A DNA stretch of 14,754 nt from Amoeboradix gromovi X-113 (GCA_018985225.1 JADGIF010000205.1:1-14754); one strand, 5' to 3'; shown: positions 1-8,891, counted from the stretch's first letter. Notes: generated by a model not told the origin, from the letters alone. Program-made: numbers and translations.

Positions 1-335
1 TATTTATTCTCCTTTTATACTCGTCAACTCCGCAACTAGCTGAATGTCCACTCGCCTCTTAAATCCATAAAGTAATAAAGCTGAAATAATGTTCCAAGTT
101 GTTACAGAAAGTTAGTCCAGTTTTTATATTTGATGTCTCTTATGTAAGAATAGACTTGAGTTACGAGTTTATCAGAAGGAGAAATGGTATAACTTCAAGA
201 GGTGTTGGTATAATGAAATTCTACTTTGATCAGATGATAGTTTACTGTCTAAGCTACTTGATTTTGCAATAAATGGAAATTTATTAAATTTGGAGTTAGG
301 GTCATTATGTCAGATCAGGTCCCATTTGGTGTCCC

Positions 336-450
336 ACATGTACAAAATGTCTTTTGAAAGTAAAAAGAGATTTGATGGTACCAAGAAACATAGACTTGAG
401 GTACGTGAATCCATATTCAATCCCACCTTAAGGTAGCGGAAGAATGAGCA
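336..450 (+). pseudogene. Fanzor2/TnpB-like nuclease 3' fragment (copy B): second Zn-ribbon CxxC, RuvC-III and C-terminal tail
   Basis: From 336 it reads TCTKCLLKVKRDLMVPRNIDLRYVNPYSIPP*GS. By my manual count 20 of 34 residues are identical to copy A at 6070 (TCTNCHLQIERDHMAARNIYIKYLHPYSIPPQGS). CxxC followed by RD-x-x-x-x-x-NI is the TnpB/Fanzor RuvC-III signature. TAA at 429-431. Confidence 0.85.
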
Positions 451-553
451 GTCGTTGGTGCAATAGTCTGATGGGTTTTCTTGCTGCAATTGTAAATTGA
501 TGACTATAAAAATCGATGAAACTAGTGATCAGAATCACACAAACTTAGCGTAG

Positions 554-562
554 TTTATCGCG
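554..562 (+). promoter_or_regulatory. Candidate upstream motif TTTATCGCG
   Basis: Exact 9-mer ending ~50 bp before the ATG at 611, with a partial copy (TTATCGC) at 586-592. The same 9-mer occurs at 7555-7563 upstream of SRPK and at 5734-5742. Confidence 0.3.
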
Positions 563-610
563 TTTATAATCTACAAAGGATGAAGTTATCGCATAACCCA
601 GGTTAATTGA

Positions 611-3391
611 ATGATGAAATTTGAGACAAGGAGTGTGTCATTAATGCTACGAACGATAAAAAGATCGTATATTGAAGCATCTAACGTGTTTGGATATAGA
701 ACTGCTAGGGAGTTTGAGTTGCCGGATTATTCCCCGGAAGAGCATCAAAACAGAATTCAAAATAGTAATTTATTACGATTAGTATCAGCATTCCGACAGC
801 ATGGCCACAGAGCTAGTGAAATAGATCCATTGGGAATGGCAACTGCTGAAGATGTTAAAGACTTACATTTACATAGATATGGACTGGATATCAATGACAA
901 AGTCAAATATAATCTGAAAGGTATTTTACACTTGGGCAAACCGGAGAATAAAAGTCAAGGCCTTCCAAGAGCTACAATTAAAGACATATACAAATACTTA
1001 AGATCGAGTTATTGCGGACGCATCGGCTATGAATTTTGCCATATTCCCAATTCTAGCGAACGTAGGTGGTTTCAGTTCATGGTTGAAAGCTTAGTAAAAG
1101 TCAAATTTGACAATAACGAAAAGCTAAGAATCAATTCCTTACTTTTAAAAAGCGAACTTTTTGATCAATTTATGCACAGGAAATTTCCTAGTCTTAAACG
1201 ATATGGTCTAGAGGGTGCAGAATCGTTTTTAGTGTCGCTGGATTACTTATTTGAATCTGCATGCAATACAGATGTTAAAGAAATAGTTTTATGCACTGCG
1301 CATAGAGGGAGGCTCAACATGTTGGCAGATTTGCTTAATTACCCTTTGGATGCTCTGTTTAATAAAATCAAAGGCAATCCTGAGTTTCCTGAAAAGTATA
1401 AAGGCTACTATTTGGGTGATGTTATTAGTCATTTATCTATAGATGCAGAGTTAAAGTATCATAATAAAACAATAAATGTCTCCTTGCTTAATAATCCAAG
1501 CCATTTAGAAGCAGTTAACCCTGTGGCACTAGGGCGCACTAGAGCTAGACAGATTCAAATGTATGAGTCGAACAGTGAGCCGGACTGTAGATTGGGTGAC
1601 AAAGCAATGTGCGTACAGGTTCACGGTGACGCAGCATTTAGTGGCCAGGGAATCATTATGGAGTCTTTAGGACTGAGCAATTTGCCTCATTTCAGCAGTG
1701 GTGGAAGTATTCACATAATAGTGAATAACCAAATTGGATATACTACTCAGGCTGCCAATTATAGAAGCAGCTTATATGCAAGTGATGTAGGTAAAATGAT
1801 TTCCTGTCCTGTAATTCATGTAAATGGTGATTATCCAGAGGATGTTGCATTGGCAACTAGAATTGCATATGAATACAGGAACAAGTTTCGAAAAGATTGT
1901 ATTTTGGATATCATCTCTTATAGATATCAAGGTCATAATGAACTAGATGATCCTAGTTTTACTCAGCCATCTATGTATAACAGAATTAGAAACCGGAAAT
2001 CTCCACCTGCAGTTTACAGAGAAACTAATAAAATCGATAACATGGTTATCAAGCAGCACAGTGATGAGTTCAACAATAAACTACAATCAGCGTTCGAGAT
2101 TAGTAGCGCTTATAAACCATCCTTCAGTATAAGTGATTACAAATGGGATTCCATGTCTGTACCAAGTTCTAACATAATTAGCCCAAAAACAGGTGTCAAG
2201 ATTGAAACACTAAGGCTAGTAGGATTAAATTCTGTAGAATGTCCCAGTTTAAATAAGGTGCACCCCAGATTGATGAAATATCATATTAACGATAGAATAG
2301 AGAAAATAAATCAATCTAAACCGTTGGATTGGGCTACTTGTGAGAGTATGGCTATCGGTAGTCTACTTTTAGAAAAAATTGGAGTGAGAATAAGTGGGCA
2401 AGATGTGGGAAGAGGTACATTCTCACAAAGACATTGGATGTTAGTGGACCAGGAGACAGAAGCAGTTTGGATCCCACTTAATTTGATGAGTAGCAATCAA
2501 TCTAAATTGGAAGTAGCAAATAGTTCTTTAAGTGAATTTGCTGTAATGGGCTTCGAATTCGGAATATCATGGGAGAGCCCGCAGAGATTATGCATTTGGG
2601 AAGCTCAGTTTGGGGATTTTTTCAACACAGCTCAAGTCATTATTGATCAGTTTATAGCGAGCGGAGAAGCCAAGTGGTTCAAACAAAGCGGTCTGGTGCT
2701 ACTTTTACCACACGGGCAAGATGGAACAGGGCCAGAACATAGTAGTTGTAGAATTGAAAGATTCCTACAACTAGCTGATGACAAATGCGCCATGCTAGAT
2801 ACTAGCAATAACAGTGTAGTAAATATGCATGTAGTTAATGTTACTACGCCTGCGCAGTATTTCCATGTGCTGAGAAGACAGATGGTTAGAAACTACAGAA
2901 AGCCGTTAATCGTAGCAAGTCCGAAGATATTGTTGAGGCATCCTCTTTGCACTAGCTCTATTGATGATATGGGACCTGGCACAACATTTGAACCTGTTTT
3001 GAATGACCCAAAATTTATTAAAGGTGAGAAATCACTGGTTGAGACAGTATTGTTCTGTAGTGGTAAGATATTTTACGATTTGCTAGCAGAAAGGGAGCAG
3101 AGGAAGATTAACTCTGTCGCAATAGTTAGAATCGAGGAGTTGTGCCCTTTTCCAATACAGGGTATCATGAAATTGTTGGAAGATTACAAAAACGTAAAAG
3201 AATATAAATGGGCGCAAGAAGAACATCAAAATCAAGGTGCTTGGAGCTATGTATCGCCGAGATTGGAAAATAGATTGAATGCTAAGATTAGTTATGTAGG
3301 AAGGGAGCCAAGTGCAGCTGCTGCTACAGGTGTTAGCATTTATCACAAAGAAGAAGTGAAAGTTCTATTTGACCTGATATTCAAGAAATAA
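611..3391 (+). CDS. DHTKD1: 2-oxoadipate/2-oxoglutarate dehydrogenase E1 component, DHTKD1-type (probably mitochondrial)
   Basis: 926-aa uninterrupted ORF. OGDH-family motifs: KRYGLEGAES, HRGRLN, NPSHLEAVNPV, ThDP-binding HGDAAFSGQG...NNQIG, RISGQDVGRGTFSQRH, WEAQFGDFFN and LPHGxDGxGPEHSSCRIERFLQ. Segments RSSLYASDVGKMI and GEAKWxxQSG favour the DHTKD1 subfamily over OGDH/Kgd1. The N-terminus is Arg/Ser-rich like a presequence. Confidence 0.9.
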   Translation: MMKFETRSVSLMLRTIKRSYIEASNVFGYRTAREFELPDYSPEEHQNRIQNSNLLRLVSAFRQHGHRASEIDPLGMATAEDVKDLHLHRYGLDINDKVKYNLKGILHLGKPENKSQGLPRATIKDIYKYLRSSYCGRIGYEFCHIPNSSERRWFQFMVESLVKVKFDNNEKLRINSLLLKSELFDQFMHRKFPSLKRYGLEGAESFLVSLDYLFESACNTDVKEIVLCTAHRGRLNMLADLLNYPLDALFNKIKGNPEFPEKYKGYYLGDVISHLSIDAELKYHNKTINVSLLNNPSHLEAVNPVALGRTRARQIQMYESNSEPDCRLGDKAMCVQVHGDAAFSGQGIIMESLGLSNLPHFSSGGSIHIIVNNQIGYTTQAANYRSSLYASDVGKMISCPVIHVNGDYPEDVALATRIAYEYRNKFRKDCILDIISYRYQGHNELDDPSFTQPSMYNRIRNRKSPPAVYRETNKIDNMVIKQHSDEFNNKLQSAFEISSAYKPSFSISDYKWDSMSVPSSNIISPKTGVKIETLRLVGLNSVECPSLNKVHPRLMKYHINDRIEKINQSKPLDWATCESMAIGSLLLEKIGVRISGQDVGRGTFSQRHWMLVDQETEAVWIPLNLMSSNQSKLEVANSSLSEFAVMGFEFGISWESPQRLCIWEAQFGDFFNTAQVIIDQFIASGEAKWFKQSGLVLLLPHGQDGTGPEHSSCRIERFLQLADDKCAMLDTSNNSVVNMHVVNVTTPAQYFHVLRRQMVRNYRKPLIVASPKILLRHPLCTSSIDDMGPGTTFEPVLNDPKFIKGEKSLVETVLFCSGKIFYDLLAEREQRKINSVAIVRIEELCPFPIQGIMKLLEDYKNVKEYKWAQEEHQNQGAWSYVSPRLENRLNAKISYVGREPSAAAATGVSIYHKEEVKVLFDLIFKK

Positions 3392-3444
3392 TAAATTTGT
3401 TTAGTTTTGAGCCATTTTCTGAGCTATTTCGTGTTTCAGTATAT

Positions 3445-4728
3445 ATGAGCACTTTTTTATATCCGACTCTAGATAAATCATACTCGGTACCTGTAAAGAA
3501 GGTAAAAGTCCATTCATCAGGTGCAATAGCTTGTCTATCTAATACTCTGGTAGTTTTAAAGCAACCTAAACCAATATCATATCAGAAACCGTGTAAAAGT
3601 ATTGCATGGCATCCTACCCAACTAAAGATTTATGCAGGGAATGAAAATGGAGAAGTAGAGCTATGGAGTCCTACCCACTTAAAAGAGGCTGTGAACCATT
3701 TTAAACCACATTTGTCAACAATTTTGGCATTAGACGTAAGTATGAATTACGATGTTGCCAGTGGAAGTAGCGATAAAACAATTAAGATATACAATAGCGA
3801 GATGAGATATGTGACTACACTAAATGCACATTCAAATTGGGTCAGAGAACTGCAGTGGAGGGATCCCTTCACCTTAATCAGCGCAAGCGATGATCATACC
3901 ATAAAGATATGGGATATTAGATCAAAATCACAGCAAACGATTCAATACAAAGGGAATGTAACTGATATGCAGGTTCATTCAGTTGATCAGGTGGTTGGAA
4001 TTACTCATTCCAGTTTTGCATCAATATTTGACTTTAGACAGCTTGAGATTATTCAGCTTTATCCATTAGCCTACCAACCAAGAGGTCTATCATTCAGCGG
4101 TTCTTCCATGGTAGTAGCTGGTCCTTATTCATTCGAAGTATTTAATGTACAATCAGGAGAATTAAAATACCATTGTGACGTTGAAGAGCAAATATTTGAT
4201 GTAGAATGGATGAACCACAAAGCTTATTTTGCGACGACTAAGTCTCTTCAAGTATGGGATATTCCTTCTCTCGATTCTATGAATACTGGCGCAGCAATAA
4301 ATGAGAATGCGACGATAGAAAACAAGAGCGTCATTTATGCCGAAACGCAAAAGGATTTGAAGAGCGAAATAAGAAAATTTAAAACACAAAAAATTAGCAG
4401 ACCCAAGAACATTGCTAAACTTGAAGAAAGACCGCTAGCAAAGGAAACAACCTCTAATGGAATGCCTTCCTTGCCCAAGTCAAAAAAAAGAGAGCAGAAG
4501 GGAACATCGTCATCCAAGTCCAAATTTGCAGGTGAAGTTACAGAAGCAGGAACAAAGTCAGTTGCTAGTCCTGTAAATCAAGAGAAAACCGCTGAAACTT
4601 TTTTGTTAGAGCGCTCTGTTGAGGTATTAACGACTCAAGTGGAGATGTTGACAAGAACCGTAGATGTTTTATTGGACAGATTGGAGAAAGTTGAGCATTT
4701 AGTTGCTGGGGAAGAAGAGGTCTATTAG
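3445..4728 (+). CDS. POC1: POC1-like centriole/basal-body protein (WD40 propeller, low-complexity linker, C-terminal Poc1 coiled coil)
   Basis: WD40 repeats (VASGSSDKTIKIY, AHSNWVR, ISASDDHTIKIWD). The C-terminal LERSVEVLTTQVEMLTRTVDVLLDRLEKVE resembles the conserved Poc1 coiled-coil motif. The ORF track starts at a TTG (3397); the first ATG at 3445 is taken as the start. Confidence 0.72.
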   Translation: MSTFLYPTLDKSYSVPVKKVKVHSSGAIACLSNTLVVLKQPKPISYQKPCKSIAWHPTQLKIYAGNENGEVELWSPTHLKEAVNHFKPHLSTILALDVSMNYDVASGSSDKTIKIYNSEMRYVTTLNAHSNWVRELQWRDPFTLISASDDHTIKIWDIRSKSQQTIQYKGNVTDMQVHSVDQVVGITHSSFASIFDFRQLEIIQLYPLAYQPRGLSFSGSSMVVAGPYSFEVFNVQSGELKYHCDVEEQIFDVEWMNHKAYFATTKSLQVWDIPSLDSMNTGAAINENATIENKSVIYAETQKDLKSEIRKFKTQKISRPKNIAKLEERPLAKETTSNGMPSLPKSKKREQKGTSSSKSKFAGEVTEAGTKSVASPVNQEKTAETFLLERSVEVLTTQVEMLTRTVDVLLDRLEKVEHLVAGEEEVY

Positions 4729-4747
4729 TAAATTTATTTCCGCATTT

Positions 4748-5100
4748 CTTGTTAAAAGGTTTTAAGTTTTGGAAAATCTGAAAATGCCAATGACTATTTA
4801 AACCAGTAACTAACATCACTGGAAATTCGAAGAGGAGTCTAATTACGACTCATATATCTCAATACACTTTACCTGCTGCCATATGATTTTTATCTACTTC
4901 CAGTGACAGTTTTTACATCCAATTTGTTTCAGAGCCCAACAACTATAAATGTTTTACTGGTAAGCACTTCAAGAGATTCCAAATGCTATTATCCTAGTGC
5001 GAAAAGCAATTTCATTTTGAACTAGATTGTGGGTGTAAAAGAGCGTATTTCGCATTTCACAGCGAGACCTCGATTTCGCATATTCTAGCTGAGATGATGC
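4748..5100 (-). pseudogene. Degenerate Fanzor2/TnpB-like element (copy D), 3' part plus tail
   Basis: With several frameshifts the minus strand reads LFYTHNL/FKMKLLF...EVLTSKTF/SC...GCKNCH/EVDKNHMAA/LRYM. This is collinear with copy A (YPHNLFKERLKF...ESFTSQTCTRC...TCTNCHLQIERDHMAA). CATATGGCAGCA is identical in A and D. The downstream non-coding tail weakly matches A and C. Confidence 0.75.
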
Positions 5101-5195
5101 ATAGCCATTGCCATAGATGAGAAGAACTGAGTAACATGAACTTTCAATTATAACATTCTAGCAAAGTGAAATTAAAACTGTAACCTATGCTACTA

Positions 5196-5522
5196 CTATA
5201 AATTATTTATTCGACTAGAATCTTCAACTGTCTCCAGTTTAGCCTTCTTGCTAAACTGATCATATACAGTTTCGGGTAGCAAATCCTTCATGCAGTCAAT
5301 AGTACTTAGCACTTTAACAACGTCTGCATCAATAATTGTTTTTCTTCCAGCTATATCTGAATGTTCAGATGCCCTCATAACGATGTACTTTAAGTAATAT
5401 GACAAAACTTGTTGTAAATAAAGATTAGTATTTTTGCTTGTTCTATTCACATCGCTATTCACCGTCTCTAGTACTTGTTTGACAAGACTGTTAATTTGTG
5501 AAATTGGCAATCCTGAGGACAT
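5196..5522 (-). CDS. Histone-fold protein, H2B-like CBFD_NFYB_HMF family (DPB4/POLE3-, NC2beta- or NF-YB-like)
   Basis: 108 aa with the histone-fold pattern LPxxxIxxLVK...SK...long helix...A...GRKTIxxxDVxxxL. The subfamily cannot be resolved by eye. Confidence 0.8.
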   Translation of the reverse strand: MSSGLPISQINSLVKQVLETVNSDVNRTSKNTNLYLQQVLSYYLKYIVMRASEHSDIAGRKTIIDADVVKVLSTIDCMKDLLPETVYDQFSKKAKLETVEDSSRINNL

Positions 5523-6159
5523 CTAGGGGTGTATCACAAATGCTAACAAAATATCTTCCGATCTCAAAATACAATGTGGACAAACTAATTTTTACAGAGT
5601 ACCCATAGTTTATACCTATGCATCAGGAGAAATAGCTATCCAATTCAATCAAATAAACTATTTAGCGCAGTTGCATGACTTTAATTTTCATTTAATCCTT
5701 TTTTGCAGCTCAATTGTTTTCTTGAATAAATCATTTATCGCGAATTTGCATGTATTTTTATGTAATTTCGTGACTTTTCCGATAGCTTAAATACTCGATA
5801 TTCTTCCTTTTCACGTACGGTAAATCAAATCTAAAGAAATAACTAACAGGTGCAGCATAGAGTCATCAACGTTGAGGAACTGGTCCAAGCATGGAAGAAT
5901 TAGATGTCTTTCAATGCCTAGACAGTGATATCCGCACAATTTATTCAAGGAACGCTTGAAGTTCAAGTGTAAACAAAGAGGAAAGACGATAATCGAGAGT
6001 AATGAATCATTTACTAGTCAGACATGTACAAGGTGTGGTACTCCAAAGAAAACTAATTTATAAACCTACACTTGTACAAATTGTCATTTGCAAATAGAAA
6101 GAGACCATATGGCAGCAAGGAACATATACATCAAGTATCTGCATCCTTATTCAATACCG

Positions 6160-6265
6160 CCTCAGGGTAGTGAAAGCGTGAGCAATTACTGTAATGGAGC
6201 ATCTAGCATTGCTACTTTCTCTGTGGAAATTCTCGATTTTCTCGGAAATCTGGAATTTCAGCGAG
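6160..6265 (+). ncRNA. Candidate Fanzor omegaRNA scaffold / element right end (copy A)
   Basis: Lies immediately 3' of the RuvC-III codons, where TnpB/Fanzor omegaRNAs are encoded. Conserved in copy C and weakly in B and D. Contains a long hairpin at 6226-6259 (GAAATTC-TC-GATTTT-CTCG-GAAATC-TG-GAATTTC). Function is inferred only. Confidence 0.45.
6216..6260 (+). repeat. 45-bp direct repeat with internal hairpin, copy 1
   Basis: 39/45 identical, ungapped, to 6836-6880 (620 bp downstream). Confidence 0.92.
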
Positions 6266-6500
6266 GATATACTCCAGTGGGATAAAAACTCGATGTTTTT
6301 TTTTCACTAATTGAAATGATCTAGGTCTCGGGATTCTAAATCTGTCAATTCTAAAAAAATCGCTAATAAAAGTTTGATACTTCAATAAAGGAAAGTTATC
6401 ATTTATTTTCAACAATTGGTCACTTGAGTTTAAAAACGATAAAGTTATTTCATGTTGTTTACTATGCAAACCGGATGCCAAAGTAATCAGTTTTACCTCA

Positions 6501-6885
6501 ATAAATCATCTGCAGTGATTACACGAAGTCTATCTCTCTAATTGATCATCTTTCTATTGCAATACAATTGTTTAACAACTCGTCATACTTTTTTATCAAT
6601 TGCAAATATGTCCAAATCGTGATTCCAAAATATGTTGAATCTAAAGACATCGCTAATATATAGATTACACTCTTCCTCAGGACCCATTCGATATTTCTCA
6701 ACACCAAGGAAGAGATTTATATACAATCTACATTAAATTTAGGTAGCGGCCATGTGATAGCAAGTAAAAAGTACGTACATGCCTTAATATTCAATCGCTA
6801 TGTATGGTAGTGGAAGCGTAGAACTTGCTAATTAATTTCTCTGTGGAAATTGTCGATGTTCTCAGAAATCGGAAATTTTAACAAA
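6501..6885 (+). pseudogene. Degenerate, internally deleted Fanzor2-like element (copy C), tandem to copy A
   Basis: Collinear relics: INHL..LH (6501); KYVQIVIPKYVESKDIAN (6604-6657, cf. KSKEITN in A); CCATGTGATAGCAAG (cf. CCATATGGCAGCAAG); GGTAGTGGAAGCGT (cf. GGTAGTGAAAGCGT); and the 45-bp hairpin repeat. Confidence 0.78.
6836..6880 (+). repeat. 45-bp direct repeat with internal hairpin, copy 2
   Basis: 39/45 identical to 6216-6260. The stem-loop at 6846-6879 can still form. Confidence 0.92.
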
Positions 6886-7179
6886 AGTGCTACTATTATT
6901 TTTCCCTGCCAAGTTGGTATTTTGTCATCTGCTAGCAGACGCTTATTGAATTGAAGATTTTCGGGAAAAGTTTTCTTGTTATAAATCACGAGCGCCTAGA
7001 TACTCAATGATATCGCCGTGTTTCTGTATTGTACTGCCGAAATCTAGTCAAAGATTTCAAAAATAAAACTGTTCTTTAAGAAGTCGTTTGATTTTTTTGC
7101 TTTTTTTATCTACTCTTCGTACTGAAACTAAATCTCTAATATGGACGACTTGGAGTTAACAGGATATAAACAACTAACA

Positions 7180-7480
7180 ACACGCGGAGTAAAAAGAACC
7201 GAACGTTTGTCCGAATTGCTATAGTTCAGCATATTTAACCATTCATCCATCTGATGTAACCATTAATCGAGAGAAAGTATAAATTCGAGAAGATCGAGTA
7301 CTGCATTTGCTGCCACGAAGACCATAAAAATATCAAACCAGACAGAATGTTCTCAATTGACATTTGCCCAAGTCTTCTACACAGGTAATGTGAACTCTGA
7401 ATTCTTTCAGATCTTCGCATTTCTCTTAGGCGATGATAAGGCTGCTACGATTTGTACGGTATTAATAGCATAATGGGAGT
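7180..7480 (+). pseudogene. Possible highly decayed Fanzor1-like C-terminal relic (Zn finger)
   Basis: Frameshifted pieces KRT/NVCPNC (CxxC 7208-7219), IEYCICCH (7302-7313), MFSIDICPSL and FLLGDDK. The order matches the Fanzor1 pattern ExxTSxxCxxC...CxxC...RDxxA...LxGxxRP, but the catalytic motifs are degenerate. Confidence 0.33.
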
Positions 7481-7554
7481 TTGATTTACTTAATAATGAA
7501 TTGAATGTGTGGCTCTGTATAATCCTACCTACATAGTAATCAATATTAAACAAA

Positions 7555-7563
7555 TTTATCGCG
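7555..7563 (+). promoter_or_regulatory. Candidate upstream motif TTTATCGCG
   Basis: Same 9-mer as at 554-562, ending ~65 bp before the SRPK ATG. Confidence 0.3.
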
Positions 7564-7629
7564 GTCATATAATTGATGTCTCAGATGTATACTGAAACAA
7601 GGGAAACCAAATCAGCTCTCTAGCAACTA

Positions 7630-8868
7630 ATGCCAGATCCAATTCTTACTCCGAGAGAAATAGACTGTTACAAACAGTTTAACGAGTTGTCGTCATTTTC
7701 AGAAGAGTCAGAAAGTTCTGGGGATTATAAAATTGGTGGTTATCATAAAGCAATTAAATTTGAATTATTAAACAATAGATATTTGATTGTTAACAAGATT
7801 GGGTTTGGCCATTTTAGCACTGTGCATATAAGTTATGATAGTGTTGCAAATAATTACTGCGCATTAAAGATTATAAAATCTGCCAAAAACTATATTGAGA
7901 GCGCAAAGGATGAAATTAAGCTTCTTTCACATATAGAGAGCTCTAATCAAAAAAATCATCGAGGATACTATCATGTGATACATCTTTTAGATCAGTTTGA
8001 GTTTGATGGCCCTCACGGCAAACACTTGGTTTTAACATTTGATGTATTGGGCCCCAATTTATTACACTTAATTCGCAGGTATAAGCACAAAGGTATTCCT
8101 ACTTATCTTGTAAAACAAATGACTTATCAGATTCTTCTGGGCCTTGATTACTTGCATCAGAGCCATTTAATTCATACCGACATCAAACCGGAGAATATAC
8201 TTATAGAAATTGACATTAACGAGTACTGTAAATATGTAAATCTTCCTTATCCTCCTACTTTAGATCAGCTAAGATTGCTGAGCAAAGATGACGTCAGCAC
8301 GCCCGACAAAGTTGATTCGCCATTTATATTCTCCAAATCGTACTCTCCATTTAAATTTGGACATTCTTCGATAATCACGGTTAAAATAGCCGACCTGGGT
8401 AACGCTTGTTGGGATTTCCATTACTTCACTAATGATATTTCTACTCGCCAATACCGTACTCCTGAAACTATAATTGGTAGTGCTTGGAACTGCACTGTAG
8501 ATATATGGTCGTTGGCTTGCATGGTCTTTGAACTTCTCACTGGTGATTATTTGTTTGATCCTACGGCAGGCAGAGGTTATTCAAAGGATGACGACCATTT
8601 AGCACAGATATCTGAATTGCTAGGTGTGATTCCAACTGAATTTGCATTATCTGGAAGACATTCGCCTGATTTTTTTTCCAGAAATGGCAGATTAAAAAGG
8701 ATATCGAAGCTTGTAAGTTGGTCACTCGGTAGCGTACTTCACGAGAAGTACCACTTTAGTGAGCAGGAGTCACATATAATATCTGAATTTATGCTACCTA
8801 TGCTTTCTATAGATCCGAAGAATAGGGCGACGGCGGATGTCTGTGTACGCTCTACTTGGTTTAACTAG
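7630..8868 (+). CDS. SRPK: SR-protein-specific kinase (SRPK/Sky1/Dsk1 family, CMGC group)
   Basis: Motifs DYKIGGYH, IGFGHFSTV, ALKIIKSA, DEIKLL, HTDIKPENIL, KIADLGNACW, TRQYR and FELLTGDYLFDP...DDDHLAQI, with a spacer insert between the catalytic loop and DLG. Confidence 0.95.
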   Translation: MPDPILTPREIDCYKQFNELSSFSEESESSGDYKIGGYHKAIKFELLNNRYLIVNKIGFGHFSTVHISYDSVANNYCALKIIKSAKNYIESAKDEIKLLSHIESSNQKNHRGYYHVIHLLDQFEFDGPHGKHLVLTFDVLGPNLLHLIRRYKHKGIPTYLVKQMTYQILLGLDYLHQSHLIHTDIKPENILIEIDINEYCKYVNLPYPPTLDQLRLLSKDDVSTPDKVDSPFIFSKSYSPFKFGHSSIITVKIADLGNACWDFHYFTNDISTRQYRTPETIIGSAWNCTVDIWSLACMVFELLTGDYLFDPTAGRGYSKDDDHLAQISELLGVIPTEFALSGRHSPDFFSRNGRLKRISKLVSWSLGSVLHEKYHFSEQESHIISEFMLPMLSIDPKNRATADVCVRSTWFN

Positions 8869-8891
8869 CACCGCATCACCTGAAAATTTAC

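Larger units (their letters stand above)
5726..6285 (+). pseudogene. Fanzor2/TnpB-like RNA-guided nuclease pseudogene (copy A, best preserved; C-terminal half)
   Basis: From 5929 it reads YPHNLFKERLKFKCKQRGKTIIESNESFTSQTCTRCGTPKKTNL*TYTCTNCHLQIERDHMAARNIYIKYL. This has the ExxTS motif (E 6004-6006), a CxxC...CxxC Zn ribbon and RuvC-III D (6103-6105). In-frame stops at 5926 and 6061. Upstream frameshifted relics: INHL/ANLHVFLCNFVT...DILP...KSKEITN. Confidence 0.9.

Noticed and set aside
150-405. 15/16 match ATAGACTTGAG(T/G)TACG at 150-165 and 390-405 as another Fanzor copy
   Set aside because: The flanks do not align convincingly, so a separate element cannot be supported.
3397-3444. TTG start for POC1, 5 bp after the DHTKD1 stop (operon-like coupling)
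   Set aside because: This is a eukaryotic gene set, the ATG at 3445 fits the family N-terminus, and the interval contains a likely polyadenylation signal.
429-6063. TAA aligned to Gln (copy B versus A) and an in-frame TAA at 6061, suggesting a TAR=Gln genetic code
   Set aside because: Long host ORFs have no internal TAA/TAG and end in TAA/TAG at the expected family C-termini. The relics also carry TGA stops and frameshifts, so this is ordinary decay.
6088-6285. 65-aa ORF as a standalone gene
   Set aside because: It starts at TTG and is simply the post-nonsense tail of Fanzor copy A.
6216-6880. Palindromic direct repeats as a CRISPR array
   Set aside because: There are only two copies, 620 bp apart, in a eukaryotic context, and tandem Fanzor elements explain them.
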